Shown: positions 35,534-44,159 of the stretch, one piece after another
How the letters are laid out: each line of letters opens with the position of its first letter
Position numbering within the stretch: the stretch's first letter is position 1
NCBI GenBank assembly: GCA_965116465.1
Contig: OZ220687.1
Span: forward strand, 2,564,596-2,628,595
Origin: Acidimicrobiales bacterium
Lineage (GTDB): Bacteria > Actinomycetota > Acidimicrobiia > Acidimicrobiales > CATQHL01
Reading direction: 5' to 3'
Length of the DNA stretch: 64,000 nt
Position numbers and translations under genes: made by a program
Notes under the pieces: generated by a model
Seen by the model: only the letters and a program-made list of their open reading frames with translations
Told to the model about the DNA's origin: nothing
Databases searched by the model: none

Positions 35534-36898
35534 TCAGGCCGACGGGGCGTAGCCGATCAGGTCCAGGATGACGTGCGCGCCGGGCACCTGCAGCGGTCCG
35601 CCGATGCGCATCGTCGTGGAGGCCGGCTTGGAGCCGGGGAAGTGGCGTGCCCACTCGTTGATGGAGATCTGGAAGTCGGCGAAGTCGGCGTGGTAGCACT
35701 GCCGCTTGCAGATGTTCTCCAGCGAGGTGCCGGCGGCCTCGCAGATGGCCGAGATGTTGCCCAGCAGGTACTCCATCTCCATCTGCGGCGGCAGGCCGTA
35801 GTGCGGGAATCCGGGATTGCGCTGGACGCTCTTGGGCAGGCTGCCCCGCTCGTCGGTGGGGATCATGGTGCTGAAGAACAGGTAGTCACCCGCCTTCACG
35901 GCCTGCGGCTCGTGCCATGGGGGCTCCACCGCGTCCGACGTCTCGATGGTCTCCTTGGAGATGGAGGCGTCATCGGCCAGCAGCTTCATGGCGATCTCGA
36001 TGCGCGAGCCCATGCCGCCCAGGCCCATGTAGGGCACCACGACGCGGGCCGGCGGGTTCTCCGGGAACCACTGGCGCCACACCCTGTCCATGCCCGCGAA
36101 GTCGTTCGGGCCCGACAGGTACACGGTTGCCTTCACGCAGTTGTCCTGCAGCGACGAGGCGCCGGCGGCCGCGGCGATCTTCTCGAGCTTCTGCAGGGTG
36201 TAGTCGGTCTGGCGCTCGATCGGCGAGTCGTACCAGAGGTACGGGTTGACGCGTGCTTCGGGGGCGAGGCCGCTGAGGGGGCCCATGTGGCGCTCCGACA
36301 TCCAGTCGCCCATCCAGTCCACCGGGATCTCCCCGGCCAGGAAGATCCAGTCGCCGCGCCGGATGGCCGGCGAGTAGCCCGCCAGCGGCGACGGCACGCC
36401 CTCGGGTGTCTCGTAGCCGACGCTCGGACCGCCGGGGATCGCCAGCAGGTCGACCTCGATGAGCGAGTCCGCCACCAGCAGTTCCTTGATGCCCATGCCG
36501 GTGGAGGCAGGGCGGGGCGGCTTGATGTAGAGGTCGCGGGTGCGCAGGTAGGGCGTGATGGTGATGCGCGGCCAGGTGTTGCCTTCGGCGAACTCCTCCA
36601 TCGTCGGGTACTCCGAGGTGAACCACTGGTAGATGCGCACCACGTCGGTGGCGATGTCGCAGCCGGCGGCGGCCAGGGTGGACGTGAGGTTGTCGAGGAT
36701 GATTTTGGACTGCAGTTCCAGGTGGTTGTCCAGGTACGGGTTGCGCCCGTCACCGCCACCTTCGGCCGTGATGCCCGTCTCGAAGTCGGTGGCGAGCTGA
36801 CCGGACAGGAAGACCCAATCACCGGCCTTGACGCACGGCGTGTAGGGCATGAGCGGCATGGGCTCGCCGCCCCAGATGTGTTGGATGTCGCTGGACAT
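35534..36898 (-). CDS. Triple tandem RidA/YjgF-family domain protein (second copy of this architecture)
   Basis: 454 aa in three RidA-like modules (GDWVFLSGQ.., GDWIFLAGE.., GDYLFFSTM..). Confidence 0.7.
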   Translation of the reverse strand: MSSDIQHIWGGEPMPLMPYTPCVKAGDWVFLSGQLATDFETGITAEGGGDGRNPYLDNHLELQSKIILDNLTSTLAAAGCDIATDVVRIYQWFTSEYPTMEEFAEGNTWPRITITPYLRTRDLYIKPPRPASTGMGIKELLVADSLIEVDLLAIPGGPSVGYETPEGVPSPLAGYSPAIRRGDWIFLAGEIPVDWMGDWMSERHMGPLSGLAPEARVNPYLWYDSPIERQTDYTLQKLEKIAAAAGASSLQDNCVKATVYLSGPNDFAGMDRVWRQWFPENPPARVVVPYMGLGGMGSRIEIAMKLLADDASISKETIETSDAVEPPWHEPQAVKAGDYLFFSTMIPTDERGSLPKSVQRNPGFPHYGLPPQMEMEYLLGNISAICEAAGTSLENICKRQCYHADFADFQISINEWARHFPGSKPASTTMRIGGPLQVPGAHVILDLIGYAPSA

Positions 36899-36943
36899 TG
36901 TTTCCTCCGGTTGGATGTGCTGTTCGGTGCGGTCTGTCCGGTC

Positions 36944-37007
36944 GGGGGCCGGGGTGCCGTTCGCTCCTTCGTCTTCGCAGGCGTCGCGAATCGGCTCCCC
37001 GGCCCCC
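36944..37007 (-). other. 11-bp inverted repeat GGGGGCCGGGG/CCCCGGCCCCC with 42-nt spacer in the isochorismatase-RidA3 spacer
   Basis: Arms at 36944-36954 and 36997-37007, read directly from the sequence. Confidence 0.3.
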
Positions 37008-37045
37008 TCCCTCGGTTGTTGGTGTGCCCGGTCGGGGCCGCCGGC

Positions 37046-37867
37046 TCAGGCCGCTTCGGCGTCCTCGGCGTCCCGATCCAGGAGCAGTCCGCAACTTTCG
37101 GTGATCTCGGTGATGCCCTCGAACCCCGCGGGCACGTCCATGCCCTTGCGGGCGTACCACTCGCGCACCAGGGCGGGCGCGTCGGTGACGAGCCCGAGGT
37201 GCAGCGAGATGATCGCCAATGCCGAGTCCTCGACCTCCTGGCTGTAGCCGGCCACGATGTCCCGGGGCACGATCACCCGGAAGTCCCGGTTGGCGGCATC
37301 GAACGCCGAGGAGAGTACGCAGGCGTCGGTGTAGGTGCCGGTCAGGACCAGGTTCGGGATGTTCATCTGGTGGAGCAGGAACTCCAGGTCGGTGGGGTAG
37401 AAGGCCGACAGGCGCTTCTTGGTGCGCACGTACAGGTCGCCCTCCTCCTCCTCGATCAGGATGTCGAGCCACTCGGTGCCCTCCCAGGAGTGCTGGTCCA
37501 TCAGCGGGTTGGGCGGCAGGTACAGCTCGTACATCGCCCGCCAGTTGGCCATGCGGTTGTGCTGGCGCGAGTGGAGGTCGTCGATCCCGCCGTAGCGCTG
37601 CCAGTGCTGCACGTGGATGATGGGGATGCCGATGGCGCGGCAGGCGGCGTGGAACATGTTGTGCGCCGGGATGCGCCAGCGGGCGCGCGGCGCGGGGCAC
37701 GTCAACTCGGCCTCGGGCCCCACGTGGCCGCGGTGCATGTCGATGCAGGCGACCGCGGTCTTGTCGGGGTCCAGCCACTTGTCGAACACGTCGGCGGAGT
37801 TGCTGGTGCCCGAGGGGAGCACACAGCGGTCCTTGTTCTCCAGGTAGCAGTACATCTCGGTTTCCAT
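37046..37867 (-). CDS. Isochorismatase-like cysteine hydrolase (amidase) family
   Basis: VACIDMHRGH and LVLTGTYTDACVLSSAFDAANRDF (catalytic Cys context), 273 aa. Confidence 0.8.
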   Translation of the reverse strand: METEMYCYLENKDRCVLPSGTSNSADVFDKWLDPDKTAVACIDMHRGHVGPEAELTCPAPRARWRIPAHNMFHAACRAIGIPIIHVQHWQRYGGIDDLHSRQHNRMANWRAMYELYLPPNPLMDQHSWEGTEWLDILIEEEEGDLYVRTKKRLSAFYPTDLEFLLHQMNIPNLVLTGTYTDACVLSSAFDAANRDFRVIVPRDIVAGYSQEVEDSALAIISLHLGLVTDAPALVREWYARKGMDVPAGFEGITEITESCGLLLDRDAEDAEAA

Positions 37868-37912
37868 AGTTGGCCTCCTTTGTCGGTTGGATCGTGGATT
37901 GGTTGTGGGTCT

Positions 37913-37944
37913 GCGGGGTCGGCGACGCGTCTCGCCGGCCCCGC
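37913..37944 (-). terminator. 13-bp GC hairpin (one G-T position) downstream of the BMP lipoprotein gene
   Basis: GCGGGGTCGGCGA-cgcgtc-TCGCCGGCCCCGC. Confidence 0.35.
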
Positions 37945-37949
37945 CCTGG

Positions 37950-37990
37950 CGCCGGGGTTCGCCGGACGAGTTGCCCGGCGAACCCCGGCG
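37950..37990 (-). terminator. 16-bp perfect GC hairpin downstream of the BMP lipoprotein gene
   Basis: CGCCGGGGTTCGCCGG-acgagttgc-CCGGCGAACCCCGGCG. The first structure after stop 38035 on the minus strand. Confidence 0.45.
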
Positions 37991-38034
37991 ATCGGGTTCT
38001 GATTCAGTTGTGGGGTCGGTGCCGGGCGTGTGCC

Positions 38035-39294
38035 TCAGCAGCCGATGTCGGCGAGGTTGATCTGGCCGCCGATGCCCACCTCGAGGCCGACGGGGTTGTC
38101 GCCCTTGGTCTCGTCGGGGATCTGGATCTCGCCGCTGCGGACCCTGGCCTCGAAGTCCTCGTAGATGGCCAATTCATCGGCGCTGAGAGCCGAGAGTGCG
38201 GGCTCACGCAGTGGTGACGCCTGGATGCCCGGCGTGTTGTAGGCGGTGAAGTCGTTGAACTTCTCGATCTCACCGCTCATGCCACGGTTGAGCATGGCGT
38301 AGGCCACATCGGCGAGGCCGTGCACCGAGGACGTCAGGATCACGTCGGGGGAGATGTGGTGGCTGTCGTAGTAGGCCGGGATGACCCAGACCTGGCTGTC
38401 GGCCTCCTCCGCGGCGTCGATGATGCCGAGCACCGCCTGGTCGGTGGCGGACTGGATCACATCCACGCCGCCGGCGATGAGCGCCTGCGCGGCCGTCTTG
38501 GCCAGCCCGGTGTCGTCCCAGGTCTGGATGTACTCCTGGGTGAACTCGATGTCGGGGTTCACGCAGCGGGCGCCCAGGTGGAACGTCTCGGGCTGGCGGG
38601 TCAGCGCCGGGAACGGGAAGCCGCCGAGCGCGCCCACGTGGCCGGTCTCGGTGATGAGTGCCGCCAGCACGCCGGTGAAGAAGTTGGCGTGGTGCTGGGC
38701 CATGTCGATGAAGCAGAGGTTCTCCGGGCTGCCGTCCAGCAACTCCGGCGTGGGATCCACCGGCGCCACGCACACCTGGGTGTCCGGGTAGGCCTCGGCC
38801 ACCTGCGCAGCCGGGTCGGCCATGGCGCCGTGCGCCATGATGACCAGGTCGAAGCCCTCGCTGGCGTAGGCCAGGCCCTGCTGCAGGTAGTCGTCCACCT
38901 CGTAGGCGTACTCGGTCGGCTCGACGTGCAGGTTGGGCGCCTCCGCGGCAGCCGCCAGAGCGCCGTCCCACCAGGCGTTCGCCCAACTCTCGTCGTTGGA
39001 GAAGCCGGGGAACAGGATCACGGCCCGGTACGGCTCGGCGTCAGCCGCCGGTGCCGGCGCAGGTTCGGGCGGCGGTGGGGGCGGCTCGGGCTCGGCCGCC
39101 GGCGGGGGTGCCGGCTCGTCCGCGGCTGCCGGCGCGGGCTCGGGCGGCGGTGGGGGCGGCTCGGGCTCGGCCGCGGGTTCGGGCGGTGGCGGTGGCGGCG
39201 CTGCGGTGTCGTCGTCATCGCCACCGCAGGCGGCGGCGATCAACGCGACACTCATCAGCAGGCCGAACAGCTTGACCACGGTGCGACGGTTCAT
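38035..39294 (-). CDS. BMP-family (basic membrane protein/PnrA-like) ABC substrate-binding lipoprotein with long Pro/Ala/Glu linker
   Basis: Lipobox LIAAACGG, then a ~75-aa PEPA-rich linker, then a BMP-type fold (ILFPGFSNDESW.., VCVAPVD). Confidence 0.8.
   Translation of the reverse strand: MNRRTVVKLFGLLMSVALIAAACGGDDDDTAAPPPPPPEPAAEPEPPPPPPEPAPAAADEPAPPPAAEPEPPPPPPEPAPAPAADAEPYRAVILFPGFSNDESWANAWWDGALAAAAEAPNLHVEPTEYAYEVDDYLQQGLAYASEGFDLVIMAHGAMADPAAQVAEAYPDTQVCVAPVDPTPELLDGSPENLCFIDMAQHHANFFTGVLAALITETGHVGALGGFPFPALTRQPETFHLGARCVNPDIEFTQEYIQTWDDTGLAKTAAQALIAGGVDVIQSATDQAVLGIIDAAEEADSQVWVIPAYYDSHHISPDVILTSSVHGLADVAYAMLNRGMSGEIEKFNDFTAYNTPGIQASPLREPALSALSADELAIYEDFEARVRSGEIQIPDETKGDNPVGLEVGIGGQINLADIGC
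39050..39200 (-). repeat. In-frame 75-bp tandem duplication encoding the Pro/Ala-rich linker
   Basis: gg(t/c)tcgggcggcggtgggggcggctcgggctcggccgc occurs twice, 75 bp apart. Confidence 0.6.
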
Positions 39295-39427
39295 CTTTCT
39301 CTCCTTGGGTTGGTTCGGGTTGGGTCGGGGCCTCGGGCCGCGCGCCCGGGCGGATTGTCAGGGCAGTGGGACGGGGCGATCAGTGCATCGTAATTCGATG
39401 CCCTCGAACCGCTCCAAGTCGCAGGCG

Positions 39428-40360
39428 TCACGTTCGCGCCTCGGCAGCGGGCTCCCGCCAGGGGATGCCCACCGCAGCCGGGTAGCGCGTGCCCCGGGAC
39501 ACCGCCACGGCGATGATCGTGATGATGTAGGGCAGGGCGAGCCAGAACTGGTCGGGGACCGGCTCGAAGAAGTCGATGAGCCCGGCCACGAACTGCAGCG
39601 CCTGGCTGAGCCCGAAGAGTCCGGCGATGGCCACCACCCAGAGGGGGTTCCAGCGCGCCACGACGACGACGCCGAGTGCGATGAAGCCCCGTCCCGACGT
39701 GAATCCGGGAATGAACCGACCCGAGGTGGACATCACGAGGGCCGCGCCGCCGAGACCGGCCAGGGCGTTCCCGGCGATGACCGCCGTGTAGCGCAGCCGC
39801 CACACGTCCAGGCCCGCCGAGGAGGAGGCGTGCGGGCGCTCACCGGCGGCACGAACATAGAGCCCCCACCAGGTGCGTCGCAGCAGGAAGAAGATCACGA
39901 TCGCCAGGAGGATCGAGATCCAGAACAGGAAGTTCTGGTCGTTCAGGACGTCGCTCAGCTTGGGGATCCGCCCCAGCAGCGGGACCGTCCAGGGTGAGAG
40001 GGTGGGCGCCGTGTTGCCGATGATGACCTGTGCGGTGAGGATTCCCGTGACGCCCAGCGCGAAGACGTTGAAGAGCAACCCGGTCACGATCTGGTCGGTG
40101 CCGCGGCGCACGTAGAGAGCCGACAGGACGACTCCCGCTCCCATGCCCGTCGCCGTGCCCGCGAGCAGCGCCAGCGGGACACTGCCGGTGTTCACGCCGA
40201 CGAGCGCGCAGATGGCCGCGCCGAACAGCATGGTGCCCTCGATGCCCACGTTGAGAACCCCGGCTTGCTCGCTGATGGCCTCGCCGAGCGCCGCCAGCAG
40301 GACGGGCACCATGAGCGCCAGTCCCGAGCCGAACAAGGTGATGATGATGTCCTCGGTCAC
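39428..40360 (-). CDS. ABC transporter permease (BMP/CUT2-type, second)
   Basis: 310-aa polytopic membrane protein with GTG start at 40360. Confidence 0.8.
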   Translation of the reverse strand: MTEDIIITLFGSGLALMVPVLLAALGEAISEQAGVLNVGIEGTMLFGAAICALVGVNTGSVPLALLAGTATGMGAGVVLSALYVRRGTDQIVTGLLFNVFALGVTGILTAQVIIGNTAPTLSPWTVPLLGRIPKLSDVLNDQNFLFWISILLAIVIFFLLRRTWWGLYVRAAGERPHASSSAGLDVWRLRYTAVIAGNALAGLGGAALVMSTSGRFIPGFTSGRGFIALGVVVVARWNPLWVVAIAGLFGLSQALQFVAGLIDFFEPVPDQFWLALPYIITIIAVAVSRGTRYPAAVGIPWREPAAEART

Positions 40361-40367
40361 GGTGTCC

Positions 40368-41489
40368 CTAGCTCTGCGCGTAGCGGAACCTGATGGCCCC
40401 GGTGACCATCAGCATGATGACGAACGTGGCGATGAGCACCTCGCCGAAGGAGGAGGAGATGCCCGCGGCGGCCTGGAGGCTGTTGCTCCCCACGCGAAGC
40501 GTCGAGAAGATGAAAGCCGCCGGGATCACGGCCATGGGGTTCAGCCGGGCCAGCAGCGCCACGGCGATGCCGACGTAGCCGTAGTTGGAGATCCACAGAT
40601 CCAGGGCCAGGTCGTGGTGGACACCGCCGACCGTGACCGCGCCCGCCAGACCCCCGGCTGCGCCCGCGGTCACGAACGACGACACGGTCACCAGGCGGGT
40701 GCGCACGCCTGCCAGGCGGGCGGCGCGCGGGTTGGCCCCGACCGAGCGGATGGAGAAGCCGAGGGAGGTCCGGGTGATCAGGACCCAGGCGGCCACTGCC
40801 GCGGCCAGGGCGATGAAGACGCTGATGTCGACCTTGGCCGAGGCCCAGAAGTCGGTGAACCGGGCGTTCTCGTGGATCTCCTGGCTCTGGAGCTGCGCGT
40901 AGATCTCCGGCCACGCCACGGTGATGACGTAGTTGGCGGCGAAGAACGCCAGGAAGTTCAGCATCAGCGAGGTGACGATCTCGTTGATGCCGAAGTAGGC
41001 CTTGAGCACGCCCGGGACGGAGCCCCAGACCGCCCCACCGGCGGCTGCGCCGACGATGAGGATGAGCACGAACAGCCCGTGTGAGGTGGTCTCCGGGAGC
41101 ATGAGCCCGAGTGTCACCGCCACGACCGCGCCGGCGAACATCTGGCCCTCGCCGCCGATGTTCCACAGCCGCGCCGTGAACGGGATCGCCGCGGCCAGGC
41201 CCGTGAGGATCAGGATGGCGGCGGTCATGATCGTCTGACCCAGGAAGATCTCCTCGGCCAGCGAGTTGTTGATGATGGTCTTGGCGACCGTCCAGGGGTT
41301 GCCGCCGAAGGCGACGACGATTATCGCCATCACGCCGATGGTCAGCAGGATCGAGCCGAGGATGTCCCCGTGGCGGATGGCTCCCAGCACGTTGAGGCGC
41401 GCCAGACCGTCCTTGGGTCCCGGCGTCGCTGCGGCTTGGTCGCTCAGCTTTGTGTCGGCGGCACCGTCGCCGCCGCTCCCCTCGCTCAC
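40368..41489 (-). CDS. ABC transporter permease (BMP/CUT2-type, first)
   Basis: 373-aa polytopic membrane protein. GTG 41489 is preceded by GAGGAG. Confidence 0.8.
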   Translation of the reverse strand: MSEGSGGDGAADTKLSDQAAATPGPKDGLARLNVLGAIRHGDILGSILLTIGVMAIIVVAFGGNPWTVAKTIINNSLAEEIFLGQTIMTAAILILTGLAAAIPFTARLWNIGGEGQMFAGAVVAVTLGLMLPETTSHGLFVLILIVGAAAGGAVWGSVPGVLKAYFGINEIVTSLMLNFLAFFAANYVITVAWPEIYAQLQSQEIHENARFTDFWASAKVDISVFIALAAAVAAWVLITRTSLGFSIRSVGANPRAARLAGVRTRLVTVSSFVTAGAAGGLAGAVTVGGVHHDLALDLWISNYGYVGIAVALLARLNPMAVIPAAFIFSTLRVGSNSLQAAAGISSSFGEVLIATFVIMLMVTGAIRFRYAQS

Positions 41490-41554
41490 CCGGTCTCCTC
41501 GGCCTCGGTGCTGGCGCCGGCGCCGCGCCTCGTCGAGGCGGTGCCAGCGACGTG

Positions 41555-41620
41555 ACGATACTCGTTTTTCGGCCGGCGGTTTTCAATCTCGTGCGCCCGT
41601 GTTTCAGCAATATCGAAACC
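41555..41620. promoter_or_regulatory. Divergent promoter/operator pocket: minus-strand TTGAAA-N17-GAGTAT and palindrome GTTTCAG-CAATA-TCGAAAC
   Basis: The minus strand reads TTGAAA (41581-41586) and GAGTAT (41558-41563). The 7-5-7 inverted repeat is at 41601-41619. AT-rich relative to its surroundings. Confidence 0.35.
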
Positions 41621-41708
41621 GCGTCCTGGGACATCGAGCCCGGCTGCGGGGACGGCAGCGGACGAGTCCCAGCGGGCGCCCCTGCTGTGGCGATGTACCA
41701 TCGAGACG

Positions 41709-42392
41709 GTGAGTGCGCAACCGGTTGGGGGGTCGATCCCGGAGGCAGCGGCGGGGTCGGAGTCGGTCGCGTCGCCGCGCCGGACCGTGGTCACCACCGA
41801 GGAGCACCTCACCGAGTTGGGGGCTCGGATCCGTGCCCTGCGTGTGGAGCAGGGGTTGACGCTTCAGATGATCGGCGAGCGCACAGGTCTCAGTTCGTCG
41901 ATGGTGTCGATGGTGGAGCGGGGTCGGACGTCGCCGTCGATCGGCACGCTGATCGCGATCTCCTCGGCACTGGGTGTCCACATGGCCGACCTGTTCGAAC
42001 TGGATGTGGACGGAACGCGTGACGTGGTCCAGCGAGCCGGCGAGCATCAGATCGTCGAGACGGCCAACGGAGTGCTGCGGCGGCTCGTGCAGGTGGATCC
42101 GCGCCGCGGGCTCGAGTTGGTGGTGAACGAGTACGAGCCCGGCACCGCCAGCGCCGTGCAGGTCACCCACCACGGCGGCTACGAGTACGGCTACGTGCTG
42201 GAGGGCACCCTCACCGTCGAACTGCAGAACACCGCGCACCATCTGGAGCCGGGGGATTCCATCGCCTTCGAGTCCACCCGGCCACATCGGATCGTGAACG
42301 AGGGCCGGCGGCGTGCCCGCGCCGTCTGGGTCAACCTGTCGCCGCGACCCCTGCAGGTCGACGCCACCGGCGACGGCAACCGGAGCGACTGA
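41709..42392 (+). CDS. XRE-family HTH transcriptional regulator with C-terminal cupin sensor domain
   Basis: LGARIRALRVEQGLTLQMIGERTGLSSSMVSMVERG HTH_3 motif, followed by a cupin-type domain (GYVLEGTLTVEL..GDSIAF). The start is uncertain. Confidence 0.8.
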   Translation: MSAQPVGGSIPEAAAGSESVASPRRTVVTTEEHLTELGARIRALRVEQGLTLQMIGERTGLSSSMVSMVERGRTSPSIGTLIAISSALGVHMADLFELDVDGTRDVVQRAGEHQIVETANGVLRRLVQVDPRRGLELVVNEYEPGTASAVQVTHHGGYEYGYVLEGTLTVELQNTAHHLEPGDSIAFESTRPHRIVNEGRRRARAVWVNLSPRPLQVDATGDGNRSD

Positions 42393-42479
42393 ACGACCGG
42401 GGATGGTTCCAGCCCGGCCGTCGTATGCCGCCGCGGGAGCCGGAGCACCGGGGAGACCCGCGACAACAGGGAGGACGCC

Positions 42480-43232
42480 ATGAGTGGGACGCTGGCAGGC
42501 AGGACAGCCTTGGTGACCGGGGGCAACCGGGGCCTGGGACGGGCCATGGCCCTGGCCATGGCAGCCGAGGGCGCTGACATCGTCATCTGGGGCCGCGACA
42601 CCGGTGCACTCGACCGCACGGCCGGCGAGGTCCGCGCCGCCGGCCGTGAATGCCTGACCCAGGTCGTGGAGATCACCGACTCGACGCAGGTCGAGAGTGC
42701 CGCGGCGGAGGCGTGGGAGCACACCGGCGGCGTTGATGCGGCTTTTCACTCTGCCGGCGTCCTGCTTCTCCAACCGGCGGTGGAGACCTCCGACGAGGAC
42801 TGGGAAGCGGTGATGGCGGCCAACCTCACCGGCGCCTTCTACTGTTGCCGGGCGTTCGGCGAGCACATGCTGGCGCAGGGCCACGGCAAGATCATCAACA
42901 TTGCCTCCAACTTCGGGCTGCACGGCGGGGCGAGCTGGTCGGCCTACTCGGCGAGCAAGGGCGGCCTCGTGATGATGTCCAAGAGCATGGCCTGGGAGTG
43001 GGCGCCCACGGTCACCGTCAACGTGATCGCACCCGGGGCCTTCTACACCGACATGAACAGCCATCTGCTCGACATACCCGAGGTGATGTCCGCCATCGAG
43101 ACGAACACGCCGCTGGGACGGGTCGGCGACCCGCCGGAACTCGGGCCTCTGGCGGTGATGCTCGCCGGAGCGGGATCGGATTTCATGACCGGCGCCGTCA
43201 TCAGCGTCGACGGCGGTGTCATCAAGCCCTGA
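42480..43232 (+). CDS. Short-chain dehydrogenase/reductase (SDR)
   Basis: VTGGNRGLGRAMA, YSASKGGL, 250 aa. Confidence 0.85.
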   Translation: MSGTLAGRTALVTGGNRGLGRAMALAMAAEGADIVIWGRDTGALDRTAGEVRAAGRECLTQVVEITDSTQVESAAAEAWEHTGGVDAAFHSAGVLLLQPAVETSDEDWEAVMAANLTGAFYCCRAFGEHMLAQGHGKIINIASNFGLHGGASWSAYSASKGGLVMMSKSMAWEWAPTVTVNVIAPGAFYTDMNSHLLDIPEVMSAIETNTPLGRVGDPPELGPLAVMLAGAGSDFMTGAVISVDGGVIKP

Positions 43233-43314
43233 GGGCGGGTGCAGCGGCACTCCCGGCGTTCCTTCTGGCCGGCCCGTCCGGCCGTCGGAGGTTCGAGCCT
43301 GCGGCGCCTCCGTG

Positions 43315-43340
43315 GTTACAGTACGGTTCAACCTGTTACA
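43315..43340 (+). promoter_or_regulatory. Direct repeat GTTACA-N14-GTTACA flanking GGTTCAAC upstream of the cupin/XDH genes
   Basis: GTTACA at 43315-43320 and 43335-43340, with GGTTCAAC at 43325-43332. AT-enriched pocket about 40 nt before ATG 43378. Confidence 0.25.
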
Positions 43341-43377
43341 CGGCGCCTGAAGTCGTCGGGAACGGGAGAGGTTCTGG

Positions 43378-43758
43378 ATGAGCGAGGACCGGGTGCAGGT
43401 CGTGCGGGGCGGCGCAGAGCCCGTCCCGCTGCCGCTGATCGCCTCCGGTGGCGAGGCTCTGGCCGTGGTCTGGCCGGGGGTGGGGTCGCAGCACCGCTCC
43501 TTGCATCGGCTGCTGCTCGCGCCCGGCGGGCGGACCATAAACCTGCAGCACCCGTCGGAGTCCGTGTACTACGTGCGGACGGGGAGCGCCACGGTCACCG
43601 ACGGTGACGGCGGTGAGAAGCATGCCCTCGTGGAGGGCTCGATGGTCCACGTCGACCCGTCCACGGCGCATCGATTCGAAGCGGGCACCGACGGCGCCGA
43701 GATCGTGGGGGGCCCGTGCCCTCCCGACCCCTCCATCTACGAGTCATCGGAGGTCTGA
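43378..43758 (+). CDS. Cupin-domain protein
   Basis: 126 aa with beta-rich cupin-like pattern (SVYYVRTGSATV...GSMVHVDPSTAHRF). Shares the C-terminal VGGPCPPD motif with the next gene. Confidence 0.65.
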   Translation: MSEDRVQVVRGGAEPVPLPLIASGGEALAVVWPGVGSQHRSLHRLLLAPGGRTINLQHPSESVYYVRTGSATVTDGDGGEKHALVEGSMVHVDPSTAHRFEAGTDGAEIVGGPCPPDPSIYESSEV

Positions 43759-43759
43759 C

Positions 43760-44134
43760 ATGGCAGTGCGCGTCTTCCATCGCGACGAGCCCGATCTGAT
43801 GATGCCGATCATCTCCTCGGATGCCCGGCTGATCGTCTGGCCCGGCGTGGGTGCCGAGGTGGCCAACATGAACTATGTCGTGCTGGAGCCGGGGGAGCAG
43901 AACGTTCCGCACATCCACTCGGAGTCCGAGGACACCATCTTCATCATCGAGGGGAAGGGATCGGTGCAGGACCTCACCAACGGCGTGCGCCTCGAGTTCG
44001 AGGCCGGCGATGCGGTGCACGTGCCCGCCGGCGTGGAGCACGCCGTCTGCGCCGACCGCGACAGCCGCATCGTCAGCGTCGGCGGCCCGTGCCCGCCGGA
44101 TCGCCACCTGTTGCGGCTGCTCGGCGTGGAGTGA
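43760..44134 (+). CDS. Cupin-domain protein (metal-binding type)
   Basis: GEQNVPHIHSESEDTIFIIEG...GDAVHVPAGVEHAV, the classic cupin motifs 1 and 2. ATG 43760 lies 1 nt after the upstream stop. Confidence 0.7.
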   Translation: MAVRVFHRDEPDLMMPIISSDARLIVWPGVGAEVANMNYVVLEPGEQNVPHIHSESEDTIFIIEGKGSVQDLTNGVRLEFEAGDAVHVPAGVEHAVCADRDSRIVSVGGPCPPDRHLLRLLGVE

Positions 44135-44159
44135 GCCTGCGCTCTCCCCAAGCGGAGCA

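Noticed and set aside
39050-39200. Possible CRISPR-like or satellite repeat (and likewise 18416..18636)
   Set aside because: The repeats are in-frame, inside well-supported lipoprotein genes, and have 72-75-bp periods that encode Pro/Ala- or Thr/Pro-rich linkers. There is no spacer/repeat architecture and there are no cas genes.
43233-43377. Third copy of the GTTTCA-N5-TGAAAC type operator upstream of the cupin genes
   Set aside because: The pocket contains GGTTCAAC and two GTTACA direct repeats but no matching 7-5-7 palindrome. It is kept only as a low-confidence regulatory feature.
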